DNA of 64,000 nucleotides from Longimicrobiales bacterium (GTDB taxonomy: Bacteria; Gemmatimonadota; Gemmatimonadetes; Longimicrobiales; Gaopeijiaceae). The notes under the pieces were generated by a model. The model saw only the letters and a program-made list of their open reading frames with translations, did not search any database and was not told the DNA's origin. Positions within the stretch are counted from its first letter, which is position 1; every line of letters starts with the position of its first letter. Shown here one piece after another: positions 12,803 through 21,991 of this stretch. Position numbers and translations under genes: made by a program. Where the stretch lies: the NCBI GenBank assembly GCA_963664435.2, contig CAXXKM010000003.1:352001-416000 (forward strand). Direction: 5' to 3'.

Positions 12803-13852
12803 CTACCGTGGCCGCGCCAGCGGTCTTCCATCCAGCTCCCATCCCGGGTCGATTCCGATTCCGAGGTGATCCAGTGCCGTCGCGGCCACGTCCACGATGA
12901 ATGCGGGTCCGGGGGGCGGCCAGTTCGCGGTGTCGGAGCCGCTCGCAAGGATGAAGATGGTCATCTCCTCGGGTGAGTCGCCGCCGTGGCCGCCGTCCGC
13001 GCGCCTGCCGTGGTCGGTGCTGATGAGCACGAGCCAGTCCTCGTTCATGTAGCCGGGCCGCGCCCTGACCGCCTCGACCAGCATGCCCACATGCCGGTCC
13101 GCGAGCGCGATCGCGTCCCGGTACTCCGCGCCGATGGAGCCGTGCTGGTGGCTGGTCTCGTCGGGGTTGCCGAGGTAGACGAACATGGCGTCGGGGTCGG
13201 CGATGGCGAGATGGCGCACGGCCTGCGCGGTGAGTTCGGCATCGGCTTCGGCCCAGCCCAGGTCGTAGCCGTCCAGCACGACCCGGGTATCGACCGAAGG
13301 CGGGAGCACAGGATCGCCGCCTTCGAGTTCCGCGAGGGGCAGCCAGTCCAGGGCGGCGAAGGTGGCCAGAGCGGGGCGCTCCTGCTCCACGCGCGTCAGG
13401 AAGCTCGGCCAGGCGTCGTAGTCGCGGCCGGTGAAGTTGTTGTCGGTGACCCCGTGCTTTTCGGGCCAGACGCCGGTGAGCATCGAAGACCACGACGGGC
13501 CGCTCACCGACGGAGTGGTCGTGCGCGCTTCCGCCGTGTACCACCCGCTCGCCGCCAGCGCGTCCATGTTGGGCGTCGGGACCTCGGCGAGCACGTCCGG
13601 CCGCACGCCGTCAATGCCGATGAGGAGGACCTTGGGGGTGGCCTGGGTCGCGGCGGGCGTGGGTGAGGCGCAGAGGAGTGCGGCCATGGCAGCAGCACCA
13701 CAGAGTAGTGCGGCCCTGCTCCACGCCCGGGCGAGCACCGCAACCGTCCCCGACGCCCGGATGAGCGCCACGAATCCCGGTCCGATCGTCCGCGGGCATG
13801 GGCATGTGGCCCTCCCGCTGTGGCCGGCAGGCCGGCGAATCACTGTGGTCAT
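12803..13852 (-). CDS. alkaline phosphatase / nucleotide pyrophosphatase family protein
   Basis: KVLLIGIDGVRPD, SGPSWSSMLTG, PDETSH, STDHG; start uncertain. Confidence 0.85.
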   Translation of the reverse strand: MTTVIRRPAGHSGRATCPCPRTIGPGFVALIRASGTVAVLARAWSRAALLCGAAAMAALLCASPTPAATQATPKVLLIGIDGVRPDVLAEVPTPNMDALAASGWYTAEARTTTPSVSGPSWSSMLTGVWPEKHGVTDNNFTGRDYDAWPSFLTRVEQERPALATFAALDWLPLAELEGGDPVLPPSVDTRVVLDGYDLGWAEADAELTAQAVRHLAIADPDAMFVYLGNPDETSHQHGSIGAEYRDAIALADRHVGMLVEAVRARPGYMNEDWLVLISTDHGRRADGGHGGDSPEEMTIFILASGSDTANWPPPGPAFIVDVAATALDHLGIGIDPGWELDGRPLARPR

Positions 13853-14057
13853 CGCTCGCTCATCAGCTCCACAAGCCGCTCCACGCAGATGTTCCATCCC
13901 ACTTCGTGCCCTTCCCTGTCCTCCGGAGTGGGAAAGCCCTCGTGGGAAAGCCGGACTTCGGTGCCGTCCTCGGCCCGCGCGAACTCTACCGTCACCAGGG
14001 TCTCCGCCCTCATCGGGTGCGGCTCCTTCCAGCTCCAAGTGTAAGCCAGCCGACGCG
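13849..14057 (-). pseudogene. SRPBCC/AHSA1 family gene, 3' half (split by element 1)
   Basis: RRLAYTWSW...TLVTVEF...TEVRLSHEGF...HEVGW; joins in frame to the 5' half at 18169-18407. Confidence 0.88.
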
Positions 14058-14151
14058 ACATGATTAGTCGATTTTGCAACTCGTTGTAATCAGTGAACTT
14101 GCGAGTTTCGTGGGCCGGATTCCCGCCGAATGATTCCCGCTGACCGGGATT

Positions 14152-15315
14152 TCAGCCGCGAACGTTTCTGCGGCCTTCCAGTGCCGTCCTGAGTTGTCCG
14201 GCGTCCGGCCTCTGGTAACACCTGAGCACCGTCTGTGCATCCTTCCACCCGCCAAGCTCACATAGCACCTTGAGCGGAAGGTCCATCAGGTCGCTGGCGA
14301 ACTTGCGCCTCAGCGAGTGCCAGCCCCGCCGCGGCTTCGGCTCCAGTCCCGCGAGCGTCTGGGCCTTCCTCCACCACTGAAAGGCGGTAACGCGGTGCAT
14401 GCACCGCGTGGCATCCTTCGACGAAGGCAGTACCGGCGTGTTGCCTTTCCCGGTGCCCATCCCGCGCGCTTCCTCCAAGGCGGCGAGGGCCTCGTCGGTC
14501 AGCGGCGTGACGTGCTCGTAGCCCGTCTTCTCGTGTTCCGCCCGCCAGCGTACTTCACGGCCCTCGAAGTCGATGTCCTCCCACCTGAGGTTGCGGATGG
14601 CTCCGATTCGGTGCCCGGTTTCGTGCGCGAGCACGAGGGCGACGTGGAACCGCCAACCGACCTGCCGCGAAACCCCGAGCATTGCCCGGTACTCGTCCTC
14701 GGTGAGGACGACCCGGGCGGGGTTCTTCTCCCTGGGCTTCCTGAGGCCCTTCAGCGGGTTCCTGTCGAGCAACAGGCGGCCCCGCTCGTCCTTCGACCTC
14801 TCGGCCCAGTTGAAGACCGCCATGAGGAACGTCAGGTCCCACTCGATCGTCCGGTTGCCCACGGGCCTGCCCGAACGGCCGGCCCTTCCGGCCCGGCGCG
14901 CTTGGATGAACCGATCCCAATCGCGCTGTGAGAAGGTGGCGGGGTCGCGGTCCCGTCCGAAGAAGTCGAGGAACATCGCGGTCGCGACCCTGTCGCGCTC
15001 GCGCGTCCGCTTCCCCTTGGTCGGGGTGACCTCCTCTCCGTAAATGTCAAAGAGCGTGCCCAGAGTGAGCGGCTCGGGCTCGGCCTCGGCCTTGCCGTTG
15101 GGCTCGTGGACCGCGAAGCCCGCGGCGGCCTCGTCGGCCTGCCGCTTCGCGCGAGCCCAATCGCGGTGCCCCAGCGACCGGCTCCGCCTGCGCCCGTTCT
15201 CCCTCCACTCGATCTGGAGCAGGCCGGTTTTCGGATCCGGAAACACCCGGACCCGGTTCCGGCCCCATTCTCCGGCGCTGTAGCTGCGCCGGCTTCGTTT
15301 CGTGCGTGCCATCAT
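14152..15315 (-). CDS. site-specific tyrosine recombinase/integrase
   Basis: ETGHRIGAI (R), HEKTG (K), WHSLRR (HxxR), LGGW, CYQ (Y); N-terminal arm-binding-like region. Confidence 0.93.
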   Translation of the reverse strand: MMARTKRSRRSYSAGEWGRNRVRVFPDPKTGLLQIEWRENGRRRSRSLGHRDWARAKRQADEAAAGFAVHEPNGKAEAEPEPLTLGTLFDIYGEEVTPTKGKRTRERDRVATAMFLDFFGRDRDPATFSQRDWDRFIQARRAGRAGRSGRPVGNRTIEWDLTFLMAVFNWAERSKDERGRLLLDRNPLKGLRKPREKNPARVVLTEDEYRAMLGVSRQVGWRFHVALVLAHETGHRIGAIRNLRWEDIDFEGREVRWRAEHEKTGYEHVTPLTDEALAALEEARGMGTGKGNTPVLPSSKDATRCMHRVTAFQWWRKAQTLAGLEPKPRRGWHSLRRKFASDLMDLPLKVLCELGGWKDAQTVLRCYQRPDAGQLRTALEGRRNVRG

Positions 15316-15339
15316 TCGATTCCTCCGAGTGATGGACTG

Positions 15340-16445
15340 CACGATCCGCCTGCCCGAAAGCTCGCGGGGAAGCGGCTTGTCCGCCAGTCGCGTGCGGAAG
15401 GCGGTTTCCGGCCCCGAAACCGCCACCGGGGCCGTAGCGGGAGTGTCCGTCCGACATCGGAGGCGGGCGGACACGAAAACGTCCTCTCAGCGGACACGCC
15501 CGCGATTCCCAATGTCGCTGCCCAACTTTCGGTTGCGAGATGGCCACGGGAGCGGCCGTGGCGCGCGGGAGCCTGCGGGAGTGACCGGAGCAACCCCCCT
15601 CTTTCGATGCCTGGCGTGCCATCGGGGAGGATCGACATGGACAGGCCCATGCCGTCCTCCGAGGGAGGGTTGCTCCGGTCCAGCGATCCTTGGCAGGAAG
15701 GCTTTCAAGACAGAATGGGCGAGCGCGTGCGGAGCACTCCGTCCGCGACCGTGGCCTGCCTCTCCCTTGCGGTGAGGGGCGGCCGGCTCGGACCCTCGTT
15801 CGGGCGGCGGGTCTCCCGGCGTCCGAACGAGGGTGGGCAAGCGAAGCGCGGCAGCCCGGTCCGGGGCCGGGAGGTTCTGGTCGAGGGCCGGAGCGAGGAT
15901 CTCGACCGATACCAGAAGGGCGAGCGGGCCGTGCGCCGACAGCGCCCGGTAAATCGAGCGTGCGGCACGCGACCGGTGGCGAACCCGGTTCCCGTCAAGC
16001 GAACGGCAACCATGGTCGTGCGGGCGGCCACCCGATCGGGATGGGCCGCCACGGGGGGACGGGGGGCGACGCCCCCGCCCGCGCAATCCACCGGAGCGCG
16101 GGTCTGTTGGGGATCGAAGGGGCAACGTCCCTCGCCAGCCCGAATGTATTACTTCGGGTAGGCTGGCTTGTGCGCCTAACGGTGCTCCAAGCCAGCCCTG
16201 CGGCCGCCCCGCAAGAGACGCTCCCGCGAGCCGCCCGAGAAGGCGGTGGCCGGGCTGTCGCGGGCAAGCTCCTCAGGCCTCTCGGTTGTCGACCGCACGG
16301 ACGGCGGGAGGCAACGGGCAACCCGTCACTTCTTTGCGACGGCGGCGCTCCGAGCCGCGCACCGATTTCACCCTACTCCCTCCTCGGAGACCCGGGGGCT
16401 CGTCGGTCCTGGGCGATCCTACGGCCGTAGGTTTTTCGAAGACCA
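15340..16445. other. structured non-coding region of element 1 (modules A 15750-15860, B 15966-16230, C 16341-16443)
   Basis: dense inverted repeats; modules recur in element 2 with compensatory changes; no credible ORF. Confidence 0.7.
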
Positions 16446-16529
16446 GTCCGGCGCGCCGCCTCTGGAGGGTCACCGGGAAGGTGACGGGCTTCCGCTATCC
16501 GACAGCGGTGCGCCGGACTGAGTGAAGGC

Positions 16530-17084
16530 CTACGTGGTCACTCGGCCCTGGAAGTAGCAGAACCCGCCGGCGTTGGTCCAGAACGTGATGTCCGTCAGCC
16601 GATTGGAATTCCACTTGACGTACCGCACTGCCAAGCTGCTCGTGTTGGTGTCCGGGTCGTAGGTCCAAGGGGAACCGGAATGGTCACCGTACCTGCTCCA
16701 CCGCGTTCCCGCGATGTAGTAGCAGGCGTTCGTGTTGGTCCCAGTTCTGCCGTCAATGCGTTTGCAGTCGCCCCCGGACGCGACGCCGACGCCATTGTTG
16801 CCGGGGGGACTCGCGTTCGTGAAGTAGACGCGGAAGTGATGGCCGTGGCTGGCGGTCCGCCCCGGCACCGTCACGTTCAGATCACCGAGGAGAGTGTTGG
16901 TCAGGTCGCGGTCCAGCGACACTTCGCAGCTCCCAGCCTTGGCGTCGGCGGCGGTCTGCGTCGCGGCGAGCCTCTCGCCCTCGACGGGCGTGGCGTTCTG
17001 GTCGGCGGGGATCGCCTCGGTCGGCATGTCGGCGCACGAGGACAGCGCCACGGCGGACAGGGCACAGAGGATGGTCTTCTTCAT
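16530..17084 (-). CDS. hypothetical lipoprotein (element 1 cargo)
   Basis: MKKTILCALSAVALSSC lipobox; AGGAG RBS; ATG overlaps the upstream TGA. Confidence 0.7.
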   Translation of the reverse strand: MKKTILCALSAVALSSCADMPTEAIPADQNATPVEGERLAATQTAADAKAGSCEVSLDRDLTNTLLGDLNVTVPGRTASHGHHFRVYFTNASPPGNNGVGVASGGDCKRIDGRTGTNTNACYYIAGTRWSRYGDHSGSPWTYDPDTNTSSLAVRYVKWNSNRLTDITFWTNAGGFCYFQGRVTT

Positions 17085-17685
17085 CGCTTCTCTCCTTGGG
17101 TCGGGGGGTGTTTGAAGTGGTTGATGTCGGATAGGTGAGCCCATCGGGCATCCCTTGACACGAAAATCAGGCGGAACGTGTCGCCGGGACCCAATCCGCT
17201 GGGGATCAGCGCCCAGTCGTCGGGCACCACGGTGGCGTTCTGCTGCCGGGCCTGCATGGCCATGGCGTTGGCTGCGACGGGGAGCGGCACGTCGGCCAAG
17301 GACAGCTCGGCTTCGTCGGCGAACGGCGCGGCGGTCGGGATCTCGCCGCACGAGACGCCTGCAAGGCCAGCCAAGAGGAACGGGAACGCCCGAAGCGGGC
17401 GGCGCTCCGCTAGCGGCGGAGCCGGTTCCGTGGTTGGAAGGGTGCCGCAGGCGTCGCCGCGGCGGAAGGAATCAGGCGGAGCGGCTAGAAGCCGAAGGCG
17501 CTTCCATCGAGACGTACGACAGGCTCGGCTCGGCTCGGCTCGGCTCGGCTCGGCTCGGCTCGGCTCGGCTCGGCTCGGCTCGGCTCGGCTCGGCTCGGCT
17601 CGGCTCGGCTCGGCTCGGCTCGGCTCGGCTCGGCTCGGCTCGGCTCGGCTCTTAACGGTGCTGCGTAATCGATACCCATGGCCAT
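17081..17685 (-). pseudogene. lipoprotein-like gene, out of frame across the GGCTC tract (possible phase-OFF state)
   Basis: GGAGGGAG RBS + ATG 17685; downstream frame LLAGLAGVSCGEIP..VPDDWALIPSGLGPGDTFRLIFVS is open through the tract but out of frame with the ATG. Confidence 0.55.
17522..17651. repeat. perfect pentanucleotide microsatellite (GGCTC)26
   Basis: 130 bp of uninterrupted GGCTC. Confidence 0.97.
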
Positions 17686-18168
17686 GTCAACTCCCTCCGC
17701 TACCATCGGCTCCTCAGGACCATGAAAGATAACCGACCGTTCCCGCCGGGAGCAAACTACTCCCCCGGGTGACCGGCGGAGTTCCGGAGAAAGCGGCCGC
17801 TCCCGAATCGGGCGGCGCGTTTGGGTTGGGCTAGTGGCCAGCGCCGCCTCGGCGACCTCCGTCCATCGACACGCGGAGCATGTCCCGGTTATCGGCGGTG
17901 CAAGTGTCCCGGAACGGCGAGTCCCGCGCAGTATGGGCGGTGCCGTTCGCCTCGGGAGCGACGAGGGAGTCGTCCGCGTCGCCAACGCCCCGAATCCCCT
18001 CGGATCCGTGTCGGGCGGCTCCCTCGATTTCCCGTCAAACGATTCCGGCTTTCCGGTCATTCCGGCACGATCCAGCAAGATCCAGCACAACGGCAGAAAG
18101 GGCGGATCATGCAGTCCTGTATGACTTTAGATGATTCCCTGCCGTGATTCTGGCCTCTGGCGTTCCGC

Positions 18169-18407
18169 CGACGCGGCGGATCGACCTCGCGGTAGGTGCC
18201 GTGGGCGGTCACGTGACCGTCCTCGACCTCCAGGCAAATCGAGTAGCGCCCGCCTACGCGCAGATCGACATCCACCTCCACACCCGCGCTCGGATCGGGA
18301 TGCGTCCAGCGTTCCACTTTCTCTCTGCCGGTCCAGGCCGCGAAGACCTGCTCGGGCGTTGCCGGGATGGTGCTGAGAAGGTGCAGGGATGTCGAGTTGC
18401 GACTCAT
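18169..18407 (-). pseudogene. SRPBCC/AHSA1 family gene, 5' half
   Basis: MSRNSTSLHLLSTIPATPEQVFAAWT...DLRVGGRY...HGTYREVDPPRR. Confidence 0.88.
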
Positions 18408-18451
18408 GGAACTCGCTCTGTGGTGTTGCATAGGATTCCGGGGCTCAGTTC

Positions 18452-18640
18452 GTGAGGCGGGCCAGACGATACGCCAGACGAGCCGACCTGGAGGTACGCT
18501 TCGACCCCAGCCGCGGCAAGGGAAGCCATGGGTTGCTCTACCTCGGAGAGCATCGCACGGTCGTAAAGCGCGGCGAACTGCGCCGGGGCACGTTTCGAGC
18601 AATGCTGAAGCAGCTGGATGTCCGGGAGGAGGACTTGTGA
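18452..18640 (+). CDS. hicA: HicA-family toxin (possibly 5'-truncated)
   Basis: RGKGSHG catalytic His; ELRRGTFRAMLKQL; TGA overlaps the hicB ATG. Confidence 0.75.
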   Translation: MRRARRYARRADLEVRFDPSRGKGSHGLLYLGEHRTVVKRGELRRGTFRAMLKQLDVREEDL

Positions 18641-18894
18641 TGCGGTACGCCTATCCATGTGAGATGACCCCTGAGGCGGACGGCGGGTACTCTGTCTCGT
18701 TTCCGGACGTGCCGGAAGCCTTGACCTGCGGCGACGATCAGGTCGAAGCACTGGCTATGGCGGAAGACGCGCTGGCGGTTGCGCTTGGGGCCTACGTTCG
18801 TGCCCGGGAGGACATCCCGACGCCGGGACCTCTGCTGCCTGGGCAGGTCATGGTTGCGGTACCGTCGGCGGTGGCGGCCAAGCTCGCGACGTAG
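18640..18894 (+). CDS. hicB: HicB-family antitoxin (no C-terminal HTH)
   Basis: YSVSFPDVPEALTCGD...EALAMAEDAL; ends at VAAKLAT. Confidence 0.82.
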   Translation: MRYAYPCEMTPEADGGYSVSFPDVPEALTCGDDQVEALAMAEDALAVALGAYVRAREDIPTPGPLLPGQVMVAVPSAVAAKLAT

Positions 18895-18898
18895 CCGC

Positions 18899-20182
18899 CT
18901 ACCGCAGAAAAACGCTCTTGGGGATGAACCCCGAGACGACCTGGGTGATGTCCACCACCTCGTTGATGCGGAAGTCCACCGCTATGCTCGCCAGCGAGAG
19001 CGCCTTCGCCGGCGTGAGCCCCTTTTCCTCGACCAGGAAGTCGACGACGGCCCGGGTGGCGTGGCGCGTGGCCCGGTCCAGGTCGACATCGATGCCCATC
19101 AGGATGTAGTGCTCGTCGTTCTCGGCCATCGGCGCCTCGATGGACCGGTCCTTGTGCACGGCGAGGCGGAAGGTGCCGGTGAGCGATTGCTCGATGGCCG
19201 TCCCGCTCACCTCTCCGTCCCCCTGAGCTCCGTGCGGATCGCCCACGTAAAAGAGGCCCCCGGGGTGGAACACGGGCAGGTAGACGGTCGTGCCGGCCTT
19301 GAGGTGCTTCACGTCGAGGTTGCCCCCGAAGGCTCCGGGCGGGGTCGATCCCTGCACGCCGGGCGCGGTCACGCCGGGCTGGCCCATCACGGGATCCGGC
19401 GCCACGGCCAGGATGCCCATGAACGGCTCGAGCGGCACGTGGATGTCGTCGGCGAGGAACGCGACCTCCACGCCGTCCACCTCACCCGTGTGAATCACGT
19501 GGCGGCCGCTCTCCGGCGGGATGTCTAGCGCCGGGTCGCCCTCCCGAAAGCCGGGATACGAGGTCGAGAACACGCCGCTGCGCGCGCCCGTGCTGTTGAT
19601 GCCCCAGTTCGCCCGCGTTTCGACGGAGAGAATCTCGATCTCCAGCACATCCCCGGGCTCCGCGCCCTCGACATGGATGGGGCCGGTGATGATGTGGCTC
19701 CCCTGCCGGTCACGAAGCCGTCCGTCGCGCGAGGCCCAGAAGTCCAGCACGTCCTGGTGGATCTCTTCCCGCGCGATGCCCAGGCCGGTGAGGAAGGCAA
19801 CCGGCTCTTCGTCCTGGCCCGCCCCCGCCGAGGTCAGCGTGTTGACGCGAACGGTCTCCCCGGACTGCATCCGCAGCACCGGCTCCTTGTCGATGGGGAA
19901 CCAGCCCCAGGCCACGTTCTCGGGGGTCGAGGGGACGAAGTGGTCGGCCTCGATGGGCTGGGTGGCGGCGCCGGGCCGGGTGGCGGAAGCGGGCTGGCCG
20001 CCGGCCTCGTCGGCGCTCGCGGCGTCGTCCGCCGGCCCGGCGCAGGCGGCCGTGACGGCGAGAGTCAGAGACGCGAAGAGGCCAGCGCGGGAGGCGAGCC
20101 GAGCGAGCCATGCGCGCGATTCGCCGTTCGAACGGGTCGGTGTCCGGTGGCTGTTCCCGGGATCATTGTTCGACATACTCAT
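18899..20182 (-). CDS. acetamidase/formamidase family lipoprotein
   Basis: HIITGPIHVEGAEPGD, GGNLD, VGDPHGAQGDGEVSGTAIE. Confidence 0.9.
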   Translation of the reverse strand: MSMSNNDPGNSHRTPTRSNGESRAWLARLASRAGLFASLTLAVTAACAGPADDAASADEAGGQPASATRPGAATQPIEADHFVPSTPENVAWGWFPIDKEPVLRMQSGETVRVNTLTSAGAGQDEEPVAFLTGLGIAREEIHQDVLDFWASRDGRLRDRQGSHIITGPIHVEGAEPGDVLEIEILSVETRANWGINSTGARSGVFSTSYPGFREGDPALDIPPESGRHVIHTGEVDGVEVAFLADDIHVPLEPFMGILAVAPDPVMGQPGVTAPGVQGSTPPGAFGGNLDVKHLKAGTTVYLPVFHPGGLFYVGDPHGAQGDGEVSGTAIEQSLTGTFRLAVHKDRSIEAPMAENDEHYILMGIDVDLDRATRHATRAVVDFLVEEKGLTPAKALSLASIAVDFRINEVVDITQVVSGFIPKSVFLR

Positions 20183-20213
20183 TCCTTGTTCGGCTGTTGC
20201 GGAGCACTGGGTG

Positions 20214-20831
20214 TCATGTGGAGCGTCGACCGGCTCGCATCCCGTCCAGGAGTGTCGAGGTGGTCTGCCGGATCAGCTCATCGGCATCCACGGCAGTGAG
20301 GATCTGTCCCTCGATCAGCAGCGACGCCAGACCGTGCACGGCACCCCATGCCACGTAGGCCTGCAGGTGGGGATCCCGTCGCTCGATCGTTCCGCTCCGC
20401 TGGTGGGTCTGGACGATGCGCACGAGTTCGTCGAACAATGCGTTCGCGGCCTCGCGGAGATCGGGTCGGTCCTCGCGGGTAACCGCTTCCTTGCCGTACA
20501 TCAGGCGATAGTGCCCCGGGTTCTCGAGCGCGAACCGCACATATTCCTCACCGACCTGCCGGAGCCGCTCGATCCCTGCTCCGGGGGCTCCCGCGCCCAC
20601 TGCCTCCAAGCGGTCTCGAAGGCGGTCGAAACCGGCAGCGGCGACCGCGACCAGGAGCGCGGACTTGTCTGCGAAGTGGCGATAGGCGGCGGACCGCGAC
20701 ACGCCCAGGCGTCGCCCGATCGCGCGCATCGTCACGCTCGAAGTCCCTGCCTCGTCGATCATCGCAGCGGCTTCCGCAAGCAGTGCCGCCCGCAGGTCTC
20801 CGTGGTGATACGCGCTGCCGTCGAGGGTCAT
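20214..20831 (-). CDS. TetR/AcrR family transcriptional regulator (WHG type)
   Basis: YHHGDLRAAL, GVSRSAAYRHFADK HTH, WGAVHG. Confidence 0.92.
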   Translation of the reverse strand: MTLDGSAYHHGDLRAALLAEAAAMIDEAGTSSVTMRAIGRRLGVSRSAAYRHFADKSALLVAVAAAGFDRLRDRLEAVGAGAPGAGIERLRQVGEEYVRFALENPGHYRLMYGKEAVTREDRPDLREAANALFDELVRIVQTHQRSGTIERRDPHLQAYVAWGAVHGLASLLIEGQILTAVDADELIRQTTSTLLDGMRAGRRST

Positions 20832-20864
20832 GCCCAAAGGTGATCGTATCAGACGTGATCAGCA

Positions 20865-20910
20865 ATGTTGACCGCGTCAACGTCACCGGTTATGTTGACA
20901 TCGTCAACAG
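20865..20910. promoter_or_regulatory. tandem palindromic operators GTTGAC-N3-GTCAAC, probably bound by the TetR
   Basis: ATGTTGACCGCGTCAACGT (20865-20883) and ATGTTGACATCGTCAACAG (20892-20910) between divergent tetR and barrel genes. Confidence 0.75.
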
Positions 20911-20945
20911 ACTCGCATCGATCCACCCGGGGGAGGAACAGCCAG

Positions 20946-21941
20946 ATGTCCGCCAACGAGCAGATTGCCGGGTTCCTGGAGGCAGGTCCCACCTGCGCTC
21001 GCCTCGCGGCGGCGGTTGTCCTGGTCGCCGCAGGTTGGTTCGCCGTCCCCGTGGCGGCGAGCGCTCAGGGGCGAGACGGCTTCTATTTGCGGGGCGATTT
21101 CGGGGACTCGGATGCGTTGACCATGCGGGCCCGAATGGAGGGCATCGATGAGCCGACGCGTTGTGACCGGCTGTTGTATCCCGATCCGGCCACTGTCCCG
21201 CGCGACCCTGCATGCTCCGGATATGCACCCGGCGTGTTCGCGACGATGGAGTTCGATCGGGGAGCGGAGACCATGACCAGCGCAACCGCTCTCGCCCTGG
21301 GGTACTCCCGCGGCAGGCTCCGCGTGGAAGCGGAGCTGAGCAACACAGTGCTGGGCGCAACCTCGGCGCCGATGTCGGACGCCGGGCAGCTGGCGGAGGA
21401 GAGGGGGCAGGAGTGGAGCGCGGTCGAACAGCCTCAAGCCCGGATATCGGGGTTCAGCGTCAGCGACCTGTTCGTGAACGTGCTCCTCGACTTCAGCAAT
21501 TCGTCGCGCTTCACGCCGTTCCTGGGCGCCGGAGGCGGCATCTCCACCGTCATTCTCGCCTTCGAGGGTTTGCGGGTCCGGCGCACGCTCGCCGACGGGT
21601 TCGCTCCCACTGGGGGCGTCGCCCCCGCCATGGACACGGTTGTTCCTGCATGGCAGACGCGAGCGGCAGGCACGGCCGACCGCATGTCGCTCCCTATGGC
21701 TGAATCGACACTCGGAACCAACCTGATCGGCGGGCTGGCGTTCGAAGCGAACGACCGATTCAACATCGTGCTTCGGTGGCGTTATGCGCGTTACCGCGAT
21801 GTCCGCAAATCGGGAAAATGGGACCTGGTGCGAAGCCACGGGCCGGTGCTCGCAGATGGCAGGACCCCCGCGATCTTCGGTCTGGTGCTCAGCGACATCG
21901 CGTCCTACTCGGGCGCCATCTCGTTCGTGTACGGGCTCTGA
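20946..21941 (+). CDS. opacity-porin/OmpA-like outer-membrane beta-barrel protein
   Basis: GFYLRG, RLRVEAEL, FVNVLLDF.N.SRFTPFLGAGGG, aromatic near-terminal residues. Confidence 0.75.
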   Translation: MSANEQIAGFLEAGPTCARLAAAVVLVAAGWFAVPVAASAQGRDGFYLRGDFGDSDALTMRARMEGIDEPTRCDRLLYPDPATVPRDPACSGYAPGVFATMEFDRGAETMTSATALALGYSRGRLRVEAELSNTVLGATSAPMSDAGQLAEERGQEWSAVEQPQARISGFSVSDLFVNVLLDFSNSSRFTPFLGAGGGISTVILAFEGLRVRRTLADGFAPTGGVAPAMDTVVPAWQTRAAGTADRMSLPMAESTLGTNLIGGLAFEANDRFNIVLRWRYARYRDVRKSGKWDLVRSHGPVLADGRTPAIFGLVLSDIASYSGAISFVYGL

Positions 21942-21991
21942 CCGGCTGCGTCGACAGACTCGGACCGACCACTCAAAGGAGGAAGTGCCAG

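Larger units (their letters stand above)
14051..18175. mobile_element. small tyrosine-recombinase integrative element 1 (4.1 kb)
   Basis: CGACGCG direct repeat at 14051-14057 and 18169-18175; its removal restores the SRPBCC frame (DPPRRLAYTW); ends homologous to element 2. Confidence 0.88.

Noticed and set aside
16189..16197. AAGCCAGCC in module B matches the left flank of the element 1 target (14043-14051), suggesting a guide
   Set aside because: The same sequence is in element 2, whose target differs, and it is a stem arm; a 9-nt GC-rich match is plausible by chance.
17522..17651. Possible CRISPR or other spacer array
   Set aside because: Pure 5-bp tandem repeat without spacers; no cas genes in the window.
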